Counted from the first letter of the stretch, positions 1 through 11,019 are shown. The stretch is DNA of 34,252 nt from Folioceros fuciformis (GCA_049999805.1 JBNGIO010006268.1:208724-242975); one strand, 5' to 3'. Made by a program: numbers and translations. Notes: generated from the letters alone by a model not told the origin.

Positions 1-198
1 ATACCTTTCTCGGCCTTTTGGCTAAGATCAAGTGTAGTATCTGTTCTTATCAGTTTAATATCTGATACGTGGGTCATCGACCCACACGATATTAATCTAA
101 TTTTTTTCCGGGGGAGGGTCCTTATGTGGTAGCTTGCTTCCACGGACCCTCAAGCGTCGCTTTGGCCTTGCACTACTGCCATTGCCTGGCGCACCCCA
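1..198 (+). ncRNA. U2: U2 spliceosomal snRNA (plant type)
   Basis: Starts ATACCTTTCTCGGCCTTTTGGCTAAGATCAAGTGTAGTATCTGTTCTTATCAGTTTAATATCTGATA, the canonical plant U2 5' end with branch-site pairing GTAGTA. Stem IIb GTGGGTC..GACCCAC, U-rich Sm region at 99-107, stem III GAGGGTCC..GGACCCTC, stem IV loop TTGCACTAC. 3' end approximate. Confidence 0.97.
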
Positions 199-208
199 CC
201 CCCTGTAA

Positions 209-223
209 AAGAAAACCAAATTG
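209..223 (+). terminator. putative snRNA 3' box downstream of U2
   Basis: AAGAAAACCAAATTG ~10 nt after the U2 3' end; near-identical AAGAAAACCTGAAATTG follows U1 (2747-2763). Confidence 0.5.
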
Positions 224-556
224 GATTGTCGTTTGATTTTGGTCGGCCGCTGGATGCTTATGTCGAAAGTGCAGGAAATGGAAGTTCTCGAGGTATCCGA
301 GGCGCAGGGGCGTCGTCCAAAGAGCAGGCCGCGTGGGAGCCGGCTGCCATGACATCTCCTGGCTGGGCGAGGAGGAGCATAGCCCTAAGGGAGTTTGCAC
401 GTCGGAGCGTGGACTTTCTCAACTTGTCAGGGCTCGAAGCAGGCCACCTCCTTGCCTGCAGGCATTCTTGTCCTTGGCCTGGACTGTTGACTGACTGACA
501 ATGTATCTTTATTCTGTTCAGCTTGTCCTTGCAACATGTGTGCCAATCAGATGGAG

Positions 557-652
557 AGGCTGAGATGCGCAAGCTCGAAGCATCTCAGCTCTCAAATGCA
601 AGTCGCAAGTTAGGCTGAGATACACAAGCTCGAAGCATTTCAGCTCAAATGC
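557..652. repeat. tandem pair of ~43-bp hairpin-forming units
   Basis: AGGCTGAGATGCGCAAGCTCGAAGCATCTCAGCTCTCAAATGC (557-599) and AGGCTGAGATACACAAGCTCGAAGCATTTCAGCTCAAATGC (612-652). The first copy has a perfect 10-bp inverted repeat, GCTGAGATGC/GCATCTCAGC. Confidence 0.8.
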
Positions 653-828
653 CAGCAAGGTGAGATTCACTGCATGGATCGTTCCCCTCAAGTACGCACG
701 TTAGACGGGCTTGTGCAGGAAGTAAGTGGGGGAAGGACAGCCAACTTGCTAAGTGCTTCCGTCGAATGCAAGTGGTCAGTGTAACGCTTCTGAGCTTACA
801 CTGGAGCAAGTTTAGTTGCATGAGAACC

Positions 829-2037
829 CTAAATCTGATTTTCAGAAGAGGAGTGTGAACATGTCGGATGTTCACGGGATGGGAGGGGAGGTGCGTGGTC
901 CATAACACCGTCCCGGGACCTAAAACTGGCCTTGAGGTGTGCTACGGGAGCGGGAGCCTGAAGCATCCATGGCATGTAAGTCCGGCGTGCTCATGGAACA
1001 CGGAATTCCTGAACCTCGGAAGCTTCAACAATTTACAAGGCTACCCACCCCACCTCTAGGTTACTTACTGCTGCAATCTTCAGCAGGCAGAGAGTGCCCA
1101 AACGATCTGCAAATGTCGTTGAAAGAGCTGGGCCTGCATGAACCACAAAGACGAGGACGGTACTGTGCATGGCAGAGGGAGCCTGTGTGGTGAGAGAGGG
1201 CTCACCAGGATGGATGGATGCTCTCGAGGAGAGAAGCTCCTCCTGGCCAGCAGTATCGAAATCAGCGGCAAGGACTGAAGGTGCTGCTGTTGTGACCATC
1301 ATCTCTGGAGCTGGGGGCCCTTGGCCTTGAGAACCCTCCAGTCCAGCATCATCTGCCAAGGCGAAACCAAAGAGCTATTGCTCCTCTGGTTGAGGACCAG
1401 GTCCACCGGGTGGACAAGCGCATGGAGGCCCCCCGTCTTTGCAGATTAAATTAAGGAGCATCCACGAACGGAACATAACGTAACGTAAACGTGATCGAAG
1501 GATCACTTCGCTCCGAAAAGTGCCTGCCAGCTGCCGAAAACCAATCCAAGCTGTCCACGGAAACAAGGCACTGCAACTCCCCGGACAGTGTTGTGATGAA
1601 TCTGTAAGACTGACACGCAAAGCAACTTTGAACAGTTTCCAAATCATACCACAAAATTTCGTGAACCGGAAGTACAGACGTGATACTCCCAACCCTTGCG
1701 AGACGTGTGTATCTGTTCCTCTCCTCACCCGTATGGCCCGGCACTCGCTTCATCTTTTCCTGTACCATCGTTCTTTCGTCGAAACAGAGAGTTTGGCCAC
1801 AGCCGAATGACAGACCAATCGTGGGCTTATCTGCTTTGCACATCCAGTAGTGAGCTAGGTAGGAAACTGGAGCACAATGGATACAAGCTGGAGATGAGGT
1901 TCGGTTTATGAATGCTTCTGTAGAAGTTTACCTGTTTTCTCGTTGCCAATAATGTCATAGTCATGGTGAGAAGCAAGGAGGGAGAGAAACAAGTGCAAGG
2001 CCAGCAGTTGGATAAGTCGCGAGCCTGAAGGACGCAT
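829..2037 (-). CDS. hypothetical protein (~265 aa), 5 exons, signal-peptide-like N-terminus
   Basis: Exons 2037-1932, 1830-1480, 1352-1206, 1133-1069, 957-829 joined by GT-AG introns of 72-127 nt (donors GTAAAC, GTTATG, GTGAGC, GTAAGT). All phases are compatible; total 798 nt. N-terminus MRPSGSRLIQLLALHLFLSLLASH. No family recognised. Confidence 0.5.
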
Positions 2038-2514
2038 TCCCGTTGGAGAGTTGCGGATACATGGAAAGGGAAGTCAAAACCAGGAAGACATGAAATATGT
2101 ACGTACATGGAGGCATGATGGATGGATGATGCCCAACTTGAAAGCAAGTGATGGCTGCTTGCATGAACGATAACTTTCTGCAAACGCGTTCGAAGCCATG
2201 AATGTGGCACGACAGCTTCAGGGTTTAGGGTTGATGCACCCACACATGGAGGGATACATGGCAATGAAGATTAGTTGCCTTGTTTGTCGGCAGCCATTTT
2301 GTAAGCCCTGTGACGTGGAATCCGCAGCAGTTTAAGACGGTAAACCGACATTGTGGCACACAGTTATTCGTGGTTCGCACAAGCTAAAGAAACAGTACAT
2401 GGGGCTCCAGTGGTCTCCGGTGTGGCCAAGGCAGGAGCGGCTGGACGGGACGGAGGCCCAGGCGGAGAACCTGCGTGCAAGGAGGACGCATTGTAGTATA
2501 GAATCGGGCGTAAA

Positions 2515-2524
2515 ACCCATATTG
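2515..2524 (+). promoter_or_regulatory. USE-like upstream element of U1 snRNA promoter
   Basis: ACCCATATTG at -70 to -61 from U1 +1 resembles the plant USE core TCCCACATCG at about the expected Pol II spacing. Only a weak TATA-like TATGTGAA at about -30. Confidence 0.55.
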
Positions 2525-2584
2525 CGTACGTATTAGGGGTGACCAAGAACTTGGTATGTGAACTGGTGAAGGGGGCAGAGGTAC

Positions 2585-2743
2585 ATACTTACCTGGGCGG
2601 GGCCCATCGGTGATCACGAAGGCCGATGACCTGGGGTCCCCTCCGCCATTGCACTGCGGCCGGGGTGGCTCCACTATCTACCTACGGGTAGAATAGACGT
2701 CATAATTTGTGGCAGCGGGGGCTCGCGTACGCGCGGCCCTCGA
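2585..2743 (+). ncRNA. U1: U1 spliceosomal snRNA
   Basis: ATACTTACCTGG 5'-splice-site-binding end; loop I GATCACGAAG (U1-70K site); loop II ATTGCAC (U1A site); stem III closed by TACG; Sm site ATAATTTGTGG; stem IV GGGGGCTCGCG-TA-CGCGCGGCCCTC. 3' end approximate. Confidence 0.97.
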
Positions 2744-2746
2744 TCT

Positions 2747-2763
2747 AAGAAAACCTGAAATTG
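2747..2763 (+). terminator. putative snRNA 3' box downstream of U1
   Basis: AAGAAAACCTGAAATTG, shared with the U2 3' flank. Confidence 0.5.
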
Positions 2764-3307
2764 TATGTTCCGTGAATGAGAGCCGTGTTTTGGTGGCCAG
2801 TCATGTGCGGTATGAAAATCATGGCAGGAGAGCCAGCTCAGCTCGATCACGGCTGCCCTATCTCCCAGGTTTGACGTCGGAGGCAGGGCGCATCAGTGTC
2901 GTCTCACCTCGCTTCCCGTGAGCCTCCCTGGGAGGGGGAGACTTGAACTTCTCCAGCAATCATGGCCCATGGCCGTGATCTCGGCCTGCATCGCACTCCC
3001 ATGTGGACTGAGTGCTTGCTTGAGCCTCAAGTGCTTGCAACAGTTACCAGTCCGCAGAGCCCAGCAGGAGGGGATGCCCTGTCTTTGCACGAGCTCAAGG
3101 ATGGCATGCTTTCACAATGTGTTCCTTGCTTGCAGAGTGTCAGAATGCCGTGCGACTTCCCCTCAATCCTCATAAAACCGAGCTTCGTACATGTGGGCGT
3201 TCTGGTCTCCGGAACGAAGGCCGAGTTTGGGCTGTCCAAGAACAAGGTTTGCGGTGAAAGTAAGTATCCTCTCCTGCTAGTAATACAAGGGCGTTCTGGA
3301 TTGTGTC

Positions 3308-3325
3308 TGTGTGTGTGTGTGTGTG
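3308..3325. repeat. (TG)n microsatellite
   Basis: TGTGTGTGTGTGTGTGTG run. Confidence 0.85.
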
Positions 3326-3456
3326 GGGGGGCGCTGGGGCTCTTGATGCATTTCCAGGAGCGCCTCCAAGTCAAGCCGCTGCAGCGTCAGCACGGCGCCT
3401 TGAACTCGCGCCACACGAAGGCCAGGGCAGGCGGAGGCATTCCCAGAGGAACGTAT

Positions 3457-3558
3457 ATGTGTACATATGCACTCTAACCACATGTGTTCATATGTGCCCT
3501 AATACCGTGTCCGTTGTGTGCATATGCGCTCTAACCACGTGTTCATATGTGCGCTAAT
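3457..3558. repeat. ~46-bp direct repeat (2 copies, each with CATATG-centred subrepeats)
   Basis: TGTGTACATATGCACTCTAACCACATGTGTTCATATGTGCCCTAATA vs TGTGTGCATATGCGCTCTAACCACGTGTTCATATGTGCGCTAATA; sits at the GC-rich to AT-rich transition. Confidence 0.8.
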
Positions 3559-4291
3559 AAAATGGCTAATAGTTGTCTTTGGCTATCCTAGAATATGTTG
3601 TCTCATGAACTTTGAGGAAAGTTGATTTGGAAGAGTTTTCATACATTTCTGCACAAAGGGCACATAGAAATGTCCAATAGAGCATAGAATCAAGTCCAAC
3701 CATGACTTTCTCTTGTTGTGTATTGTGAAGCTCAAGCTTGGTACTTTAAGAGACATACCTTCCAAACAAGCATGCCATGATAATCAACCTTATGCTTCTT
3801 TTAGCATGCTAAGGAAATATCTCACTACTTCAAAAGAATGCTCGACTACCCCTTACAGACCCTTGTATAGTTGTCAACCATCCAATCGCCACTACCTAGA
3901 GGTGCATTATGAATTGGTACCAATTGTTCGTAAAGTTAACTTCCGAAATAACTGTTCATCAATAAACCATCTTTCTATTGTAACTTTTCATTCACTCGTT
4001 GTTTACTTGGATTTAACGTGGTCACTTTATCTTCCATGCATGTTCATTCCCCCACTCGTCATTCACAAGATCTTACGTGGATAAAGAAAGTTTAATATTT
4101 ATTTATTTATGTATTCAGTTTCACAAAACACATATGTGCATTTCTCTTTATGATGGTCAGATATTATGCGTGAATTAACTTTTGAAAGAGCAAATAAATT
4201 ACTCAATATACAACGTATTAAATAAAAGTTATCAATTATTGAGATCATTTACAATCTTTACAATTGTCTAGCCTATGCTCTTGGCTAAAGT

Positions 4292-5100
4292 CTAGGTACT
4301 CAATCCGTATATTCGGATTTTGAAACGCAAGAATTCTCCATTGTTGGAGATCCACTGTTGGTCACGTAGTTTTTGAAATGCATGGAAAGTTAAGAGGGAA
4401 CCTGAACCTGGTGACAAGTCCCCATCCTTTGCACACCTAGTGCTTCTCCTAATTTCTTTAGACTACTTGTCCATCCCATTATGTATTTGATGTCATGTAT
4501 AGTAGGAAAATACATAGCCAGACCCATTATGTATTTGATGTCATATATAGTAGGAAAATACATAGCTAGACAAGAAAGAAATTCGTTCCTTGTTTGCGGT
4601 AGTTCTTGCCCTGTGATTGCCTTTAACAAGCAGGCAAAGTCGTACGTTGGATTACATAATATATGAATAGGTTCGAGGAGCCTTCCAAAATGCTGTGCTC
4701 GTATGCCCAATTTTCGATGTTGATCAAAATCCAAGCCTCTAGAGCATGGAAGATTAATACTGTCTTCTGCATACATGTCTCGCTTGAGATCAATTTGAAA
4801 ATTGAATTGCCATATCCAAGGTTGCCCTGTTTTTGGGCAATAAGGTAGTTTACCGTTTTCATCCGCAAACGTAAGCCCTAGTTGAATTAGTTTGAGTCTA
4901 TCAACTTTTCCTATCACCTTCTCGTATTCATAATCATCACAACTTCCGATTGGCACTACCACTGTTCCTAGGAATTCCGTATCGATGGATATGATACGGT
5001 ACTTGTTTATTATTCCAACCCAAACAAAATCAAGCTCTTGCCTTAAATTGAAAGCCCACACTTGTCGGATAAATGGTGCATTCGGTTGCGCGTGTGCCAT
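4292..5100 (-). pseudogene. CAF1: CAF1/POP2 (CCR4-associated factor 1) deadenylase pseudogene
   Basis: IRQVWAFNL, ISIDTEF, VDRLKLIQLGLTFADENG, WQFNF, D.YAEDSI, YDF..LLK and FPTIYDIKY are CAF1 motifs. Lesions: WVTFHSG segment missing, 48-bp internal tandem duplication, frameshift after ..CHQ (~4407). The other frame continues GSGSLLTFHAFQKLRD...IYGLST* to a stop at 4292-4294, with the catalytic D of GSDSLLT read as G. Confidence 0.88.
4475..4570. repeat. 48-bp tandem duplication inside CAF1
   Basis: 4475-4522 and 4523-4570 differ at 2 nt; encode LAMYFPTI(Y/H)DIKYIMG twice. Confidence 0.95.
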
Positions 5101-7318
5101 GGTTGTCGTGCACGGCTAACGTTGAATGCTTTGATATTATACTTCAATTATAGCCCTAGCAAACCAAAACGCATGTGGGGACCACTCCGACACAACAACG
5201 TCACCAACAAAAAGAAACTTGTTCTTCTTAAATGAGGAAGTCTTTTGGTCAATCCCAACCCGCTGAGAAAGAAATGTTCGCCGTCAAACAAAGTGTATGG
5301 GCGCTCCAAGATGAAGATGAAGGGTAAAGAACCACCCTCCTTGGCCAAGGAAAACATTACATCAACTATAAAGCCCAAGGAGGGGAAGGAAAACATGACA
5401 TCATTAATAAAGCAAGCAAAGATCTATGTAAATAGGCTTTGTAGGCATACTTAGTAGGGTTTCATTGTGAAAACCCAAGGAAGGCAATGATATGAATAAA
5501 TGCCTACATGACTTCGAGGGTCAAGCCTTAGATATTAAGTATTTGCAAAGGCTAAGGACACAATGTCATTTCATCTCGAGGGCCCATATATAAGTAATTT
5601 TATTAAGGGGACACATTGCAGGCCAAAGATAAGTACATATTAAGTGGGGATATTTGGAGGGCCTAGTATAAGTAGGGTTTAGGGTTGAGTTAATTAGTTA
5701 CTTAATTTGGTGGACTCTTACGTATTAGTTGACCAGCAATACCTTAGTAAGGGGTACACCCTAGACTAGGTGTCTTGTGGGTGGTAGGGTAGGCACACTT
5801 CATGCTTTCACCCAAGACAATGTTGTCCTCCCTCTCGGATGGTTTGGCGATGCCGGTTCTACAGAAGAAGAGGAAGAAATCATTTTTCAATTGTTGAAAA
5901 CTAGAAATGAATTTTTAAAGATGATTCCTCTACATTTTAAACTTAAGGCCAACGCGAAGCCCCATCTTGGGCATCAATGGCAATGCGGCCTACATGTAAC
6001 AACTCAGAAAGAGATATATTAATTTTTTTAAAAATCACATTAAATATATAAATATAAACCCTTCGGCCCCTTCCAAATTTAAATTAATAACTAGATGAAA
6101 TCTTTCCATTGGAGATTGTCTTGCTTCAAAAGATCTTGCCTTTCCACAGCTAAGATTTTCTACACTTAATATGCGTAAAAATATATTTATACTTGTATTT
6201 GTATCTATACGGTGTGACCAGCCCCTATATTGATATAAGGATATATTCTTGCAACAGTGCGCACACGATGCCTTCCCTTGGAAACTTCTCCCCCATCAAG
6301 TTTGGTAACGTCAATCTGACTTCATCTTACATCACATCATTGCAATCGTTTTATGCGTGTCGAAACGTATTAATGCAAATTTTGTCGCAAAAAGGCTTTG
6401 ATTCAATTAAACAAAATCTGATCCATGTTTCCTTGATGAAGATCAGGGTGCCCATAAATTAGGATACCGATCTTGGAGAGCCTTTATATCCATCTCTGCC
6501 TTAAACAAAGTTCACTAAAGCTGAGTGAAGGAAGAGCATGTTGTGAAGCATGGGTGTACCTTTATAGACTACCTCGAGCAAGCAACAATGTTTCCCATTG
6601 TTGGACTAGATGTCTCTTACAGCCCGCGTTAGAAGGACTTGCACATTTGATTTGAGGCATTCTAACAGTTGATAGCATGAGAGACCCTTCCTATCACTTT
6701 TGTCTCTACGTAGCAATTGTTATCATGACCTACAACTATTCCAGGGTAAGGCAATTTTGTTTGCCATCTAGGTCAAAGAACACATGGCTTGTATTGACTT
6801 GCGGGCAAGACAATGTGCCCCACAAGAGCACTAGCCTAAATTAAATTTTGTTAGGTTGGTTACCATCATTAGTGTGGCTGTGGAATTCCTTGTTAGGAGT
6901 GACAACATGCCTTTAACAACTAGACGAAACAAAAAGCTCGTCCTAGTAAACAACAATTGGTGTTCAAGAGATGGCTGGCTAGGTGGGATTTCTTTTTATT
7001 GGTGAGTGAGCCTAGGCTGATTGGTGGTGGAGAAGGCAACAATTTGTTTTTCTCCTTAGTCTATGGTACCTCCGTGTAAGCCGTCAATCCACTTAGGTTA
7101 CCTAGCTTCCACTATCACCCTAACAAGCACACCAATAGCAAGCTAATAATATCCATAATGTAGCAAATGATTAAGAAATCATGGAGCAAAAGTGTCATGC
7201 ATGTCCAAGGCAACAACTTGCTAGCAATATAGCATGTACTTAGTGGGGAGACTATTACTGAGTGGGAAGACTATTGGACACTGTGAGTGCATTAAATAAC
7301 ATAGAGGGAAAGGAATCG

Positions 7319-7522
7319 AAACTCTGGTAGTAAGATGTACTTGAAGATGGGGAACATACCTTCATGGTGTTTCTTATGCCTTGCCAAAAGAGCACCTAGA
7401 AGTAAGGAAAGCAGAGTTGAAACTTTGGCAATAAGGTGTACTTGAAGATGGAGAAACATACCTTGATAATGCTAATGCTATCTAAGCCTTGCTTAAAGAG
7501 CACCTAGAAGCAATAAAAAGAG
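7319..7522. repeat. degenerate ~100-bp tandem duplication in AT-rich, probably TE-derived DNA
   Basis: Shared blocks TGTACTTGAAGATGG..AACATACCTT..GCCTTGC..AAAGAGCACCTAGAAG occur twice, ~100 bp apart. Confidence 0.8.
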
Positions 7523-8294
7523 ACACAACCAACAAATTTTGGGCATCTTTGTATTGATGCTGAGTGAGGATAACGTCACATACTTTACAATATCTACTTC
7601 TTTAAAAGTAGTATCACATGGTTTGCTTTCTCATTGTTTCGACCTACCATCATGTATTCCTATGGGCTCATTTAATTGTTTAAAATGTCCGTGGTCAGTG
7701 CCTCTTTTAGATCGACAGCTGACATGCAGATGTCATTTATCTTCACTCAAATGTACATAAATGTATGCATGTACATTTATACCCCCTTTCCAAAATTGTC
7801 CAGAGTTTTATTCTATACTATGTAGGAACGACTTTGATCATCAATTGCTATGGCTACGAACATATGTTGTCTCCACCTTCTGATTTTGTCAGTGTGAAAT
7901 CAGATTGGGTCCGTTTTTTGGACCTAAAATTGTGTTAAATTATCATATTAGTTTATCGTTCTTCTCCTTGTAGCCACAATTTATATGCCCTTAACCATAG
8001 TCGTCAGGAAAAACAGGTGGGTGACGGTGCTTTTGCTAACAACAAGATCCCTTTGCTTTGGATCGACGCGTGTTTAAGTTGACATGGGATAATGGGGGGC
8101 AAAGGGCCAAACGGTGGTCTGTATCTAGGTACAGTAGAGGGCAGGGCCGTACGTAGATTTGTCTAGACCTATGAGAAGGGTAAGGTGGATTAGTAGGGCC
8201 ATGACGCGCCCGTCTTGAGGAACTGAATAAAATCTCGCCCAAAGACGTTAAGGAATTCATGAATACCGGCATATGTAAGTTCCTTGCAGCCATA

Positions 8295-10893
8295 TCACGA
8301 CTCGGCTTCTTTTAGAGCGTGAGGCGCCTCGCTGGGAGCCCTCCAAAGACCCCATAAGATGGTGATATGAGCTGCCAGTAGAGCTAATGATGATGCAATG
8401 CTCGACGGGTAGATGTTCCAGCATAGCTCTACAATTCCAAGCAACGCTAGCCTGAACAGGCAACCAACATTCGGTTCACACTCAGGGATGATAAAGCATC
8501 AAATTCACTGGCTCGTGCTGAAGACTGTATCACTTACCGCACAGGTGTGGGAAAAGGTGCCTTCCAAAGCAGCAGCGGTAAGCTAAAGAAGTACCTGATC
8601 CAAGACGGGATTAAACCAAGTTCATCAGTGCAAGATAGGGAGCAAGGGGAGACTGGGCTGGATTATAGACAACAGCTGGCCAGAGGAAAGGGGTAGAGTA
8701 CCAGCAGTAGAATTGATAATGAAGAGAACGCGCACAGACTATACCGATGAAGTTTCCTGTGAAAAGGACTGTTGCTATATCTGCAGAAACTTGAAGCACA
8801 CATATTAGCATTGAAATAGCATTCAGGTACGTGGGGCAGTCACAGTACATAGAATGACAAGGGGTATGCCAACGTACGATCTGCACTCAGGACTTTCCCT
8901 CTGGTGCTCCATTTTTGCTTCACAGAATCAAACAATCCAACTTGGTTGTCTTTTCTTGGAACATAGAGTGCAGTTGCAGCTACGATGCCACCTTCATGTC
9001 TGAGGAGTTACAGACCTGTAAGGGAGGATGAAGCAGGATTGGGCTTTGAAATTCAGAGTCGGACAAGGCGTGCAACACGTACCGACACCACTTAGCATGT
9101 GCGAAGAGCCACAACAACCCAAGATGTAATAGCAGTAGTAGAACAGCTAGTGGTTTCGACACAAACAGAGGCTCGGGTAAAAATTTGAGATTAACCGACC
9201 TGCATCGAGATTTTTTGTTAGAGAAGAAATGGATTGACTGATATCTGGGACGAAAGGGTGGACATAATTACCAAAAATGAATGAAAACACGACCGAGATT
9301 GAATGCTCTGGATACGTAGGCTAGTGGGGCGTGCAAAAGGAATGGAAACCCTAAAATCGCCTGCATTGCGCATCGAACGCACCACCTCGTCAGTATGGGT
9401 GTCCCCAGAGATTGCATGGTTTAGTATCCTGACAGTTACCTGAACCAGTGCAGCATATGAAAGTGCTGTTACAACTTCTCTCAGTGACAAGGTCTGTGAA
9501 CACGAACGTAAAATTGTGGGTGAGCAGAAACACAAGTAAATTATGACCGCGGCTGTCCCTCAACATCAAGAGGTTCCCAACCACTGACTGACCTTCAGCA
9601 GCAGAAGCAGGAGGGGTGGTGCATAAAGCAACACATTCATCTTCACTGAAACTGCCGCACTGCCCTTTTCACACAACAGACAATGTCGAGCAGTAAGCAC
9701 CTACAAGCAATAGACTGCAGCACTCGCTGATCCTGAATGTCTCGCGGTCGTACACAGGATGAAATCCACAATCTCACCTAGCTAGAGAGAGCACATTACA
9801 TCCTGGAAGGTCACAAGTGTGCTCACCTGAAAACCAGCAGAGCTACATACCAATGTTGCCTTTGCATGATTGCAATGGATGCATGTGCAAGTGTTGTAGC
9901 CACACAGTCATTGAACAGTCGTAGAACGAAGATGGAGTGCACTCTTTTCGATAGGCACAAGAGCAACAAAACCCACCACGGTGCCTGCCAATGTATTTTG
10001 AGCATATTCTGTGAGATCAGAGTGTACTTGGCGCATCGACACATCAAATGCAAAGCAAAGGGATGTCTGTCAGGGATGGCTCACCACTGCAGCCCTGATG
10101 TATATTAGAAGCGTAACTCCAAGATTGACGATGTACAGGGCTCCAAAGAAAATCTGGTAGCAGCATGTACACATGAGCCACCAATCATGGGAAGGACCTT
10201 GGCTGTCAGAGTTCAGGCTATTGACTACCCTCATAGAGAGGGAGAAATGGGACGTCAAGAGCAGACTTAGCTAGTACTCGAGCATTTGAAACGTCACATG
10301 AGACTACAAAGAACGGCAGAGAGAGAGAGAAAGGACCTGCGCAGGGAAGACCGCTGAACCTGTCAGATAATTTATTACAGAGTATATATACAGGAAACCA
10401 GCAGGATAGACAAGAGGACCAGTGTCTCCAGAGATATTCTTGTAATTCCTTTCTCCCGCTAGAAATTGCTCGACCTGAGAAGGAGGACTTGCATTAGAAC
10501 TGACATAATCACTACGAAGATGATCCATCTCACCACCCATTACTAACTGGATACGAGCATGAAAAAGTAGCAGAACGCATCCGGGTGTACAATCAAGGAG
10601 TAGTACCTGTGAGATGTAAGCATCCCAATCTATCTTCGTGTCTGAGATCAAACGACCAAGCAGCAAGAACTGCTGAACAACCCATTCAACCATAGCAAAT
10701 GGGACATTAAACAGCGCTTGGAATACTAGGAGGGATACATACAAGGAACCCTCGCAATTATGAAGCAGACGAGAATGGTGTCCAGAAAGATAGCGGTCAC
10801 GGCGGCTGCAAAATAGAGAGACCTAGTCTGGGGAACAACTTTCCCGTCTCTGTGTCCTTCCCCACCATCTCGAGATTTCCGAATCCGAGCCAT
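8295..10893 (-). CDS. ALG3: Dol-P-Man:Man5GlcNAc2-PP-Dol alpha-1,3-mannosyltransferase (multi-exon)
   Basis: Spliced exons give [115 protein letters not shown] at 10893, TGA at 8295-8297. Confidence 0.95.
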
Positions 10894-10953
10894 TCCTGCT
10901 CGTCGACGGGTTGTCACCACTTCCCCTCAGTACCCTTCACTTCCATGCCGGGA

Positions 10954-10962
10954 AAACCCTAA
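10954..10962 (+). promoter_or_regulatory. telo-box (AAACCCTAA) in the 126-bp divergent intergenic region
   Basis: AAACCCTAA midway between the ALG3 ATG (10893) and the zinc-finger gene ATG (11020). Confidence 0.5.
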
Positions 10963-11019
10963 TCCAATTGCTTCGACTGTGGGGGAGGTAGGAGCCGGAA
11001 CTTCTGCAAAGCACCAACC

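Noticed and set aside
226-498. ORFs downstream of U2 (and 2918-3477 downstream of U1) as coding genes or as mutual homologues
   Set aside because: No recognisable protein or consistent splice model; similarity between the two flanks is limited to scattered short words.
1590-1615. Box C (GTGATGA) / box D (CTGA) snoRNA-like motifs
   Set aside because: Boxes are too close, no recognisable guide or terminal stem, and the site is antisense to a putative exon.
5674-5687. TAGGGTTTAGGGTT as interstitial telomere
   Set aside because: Only about two units; such telo-box-length matches are common in plant DNA.
5450-7900. LTR retrotransposon remnant
   Set aside because: AT-rich with degenerate repeats and probably TE-derived, but I found no gag/pol motifs, LTR pair, PBS or TSD to support a call.
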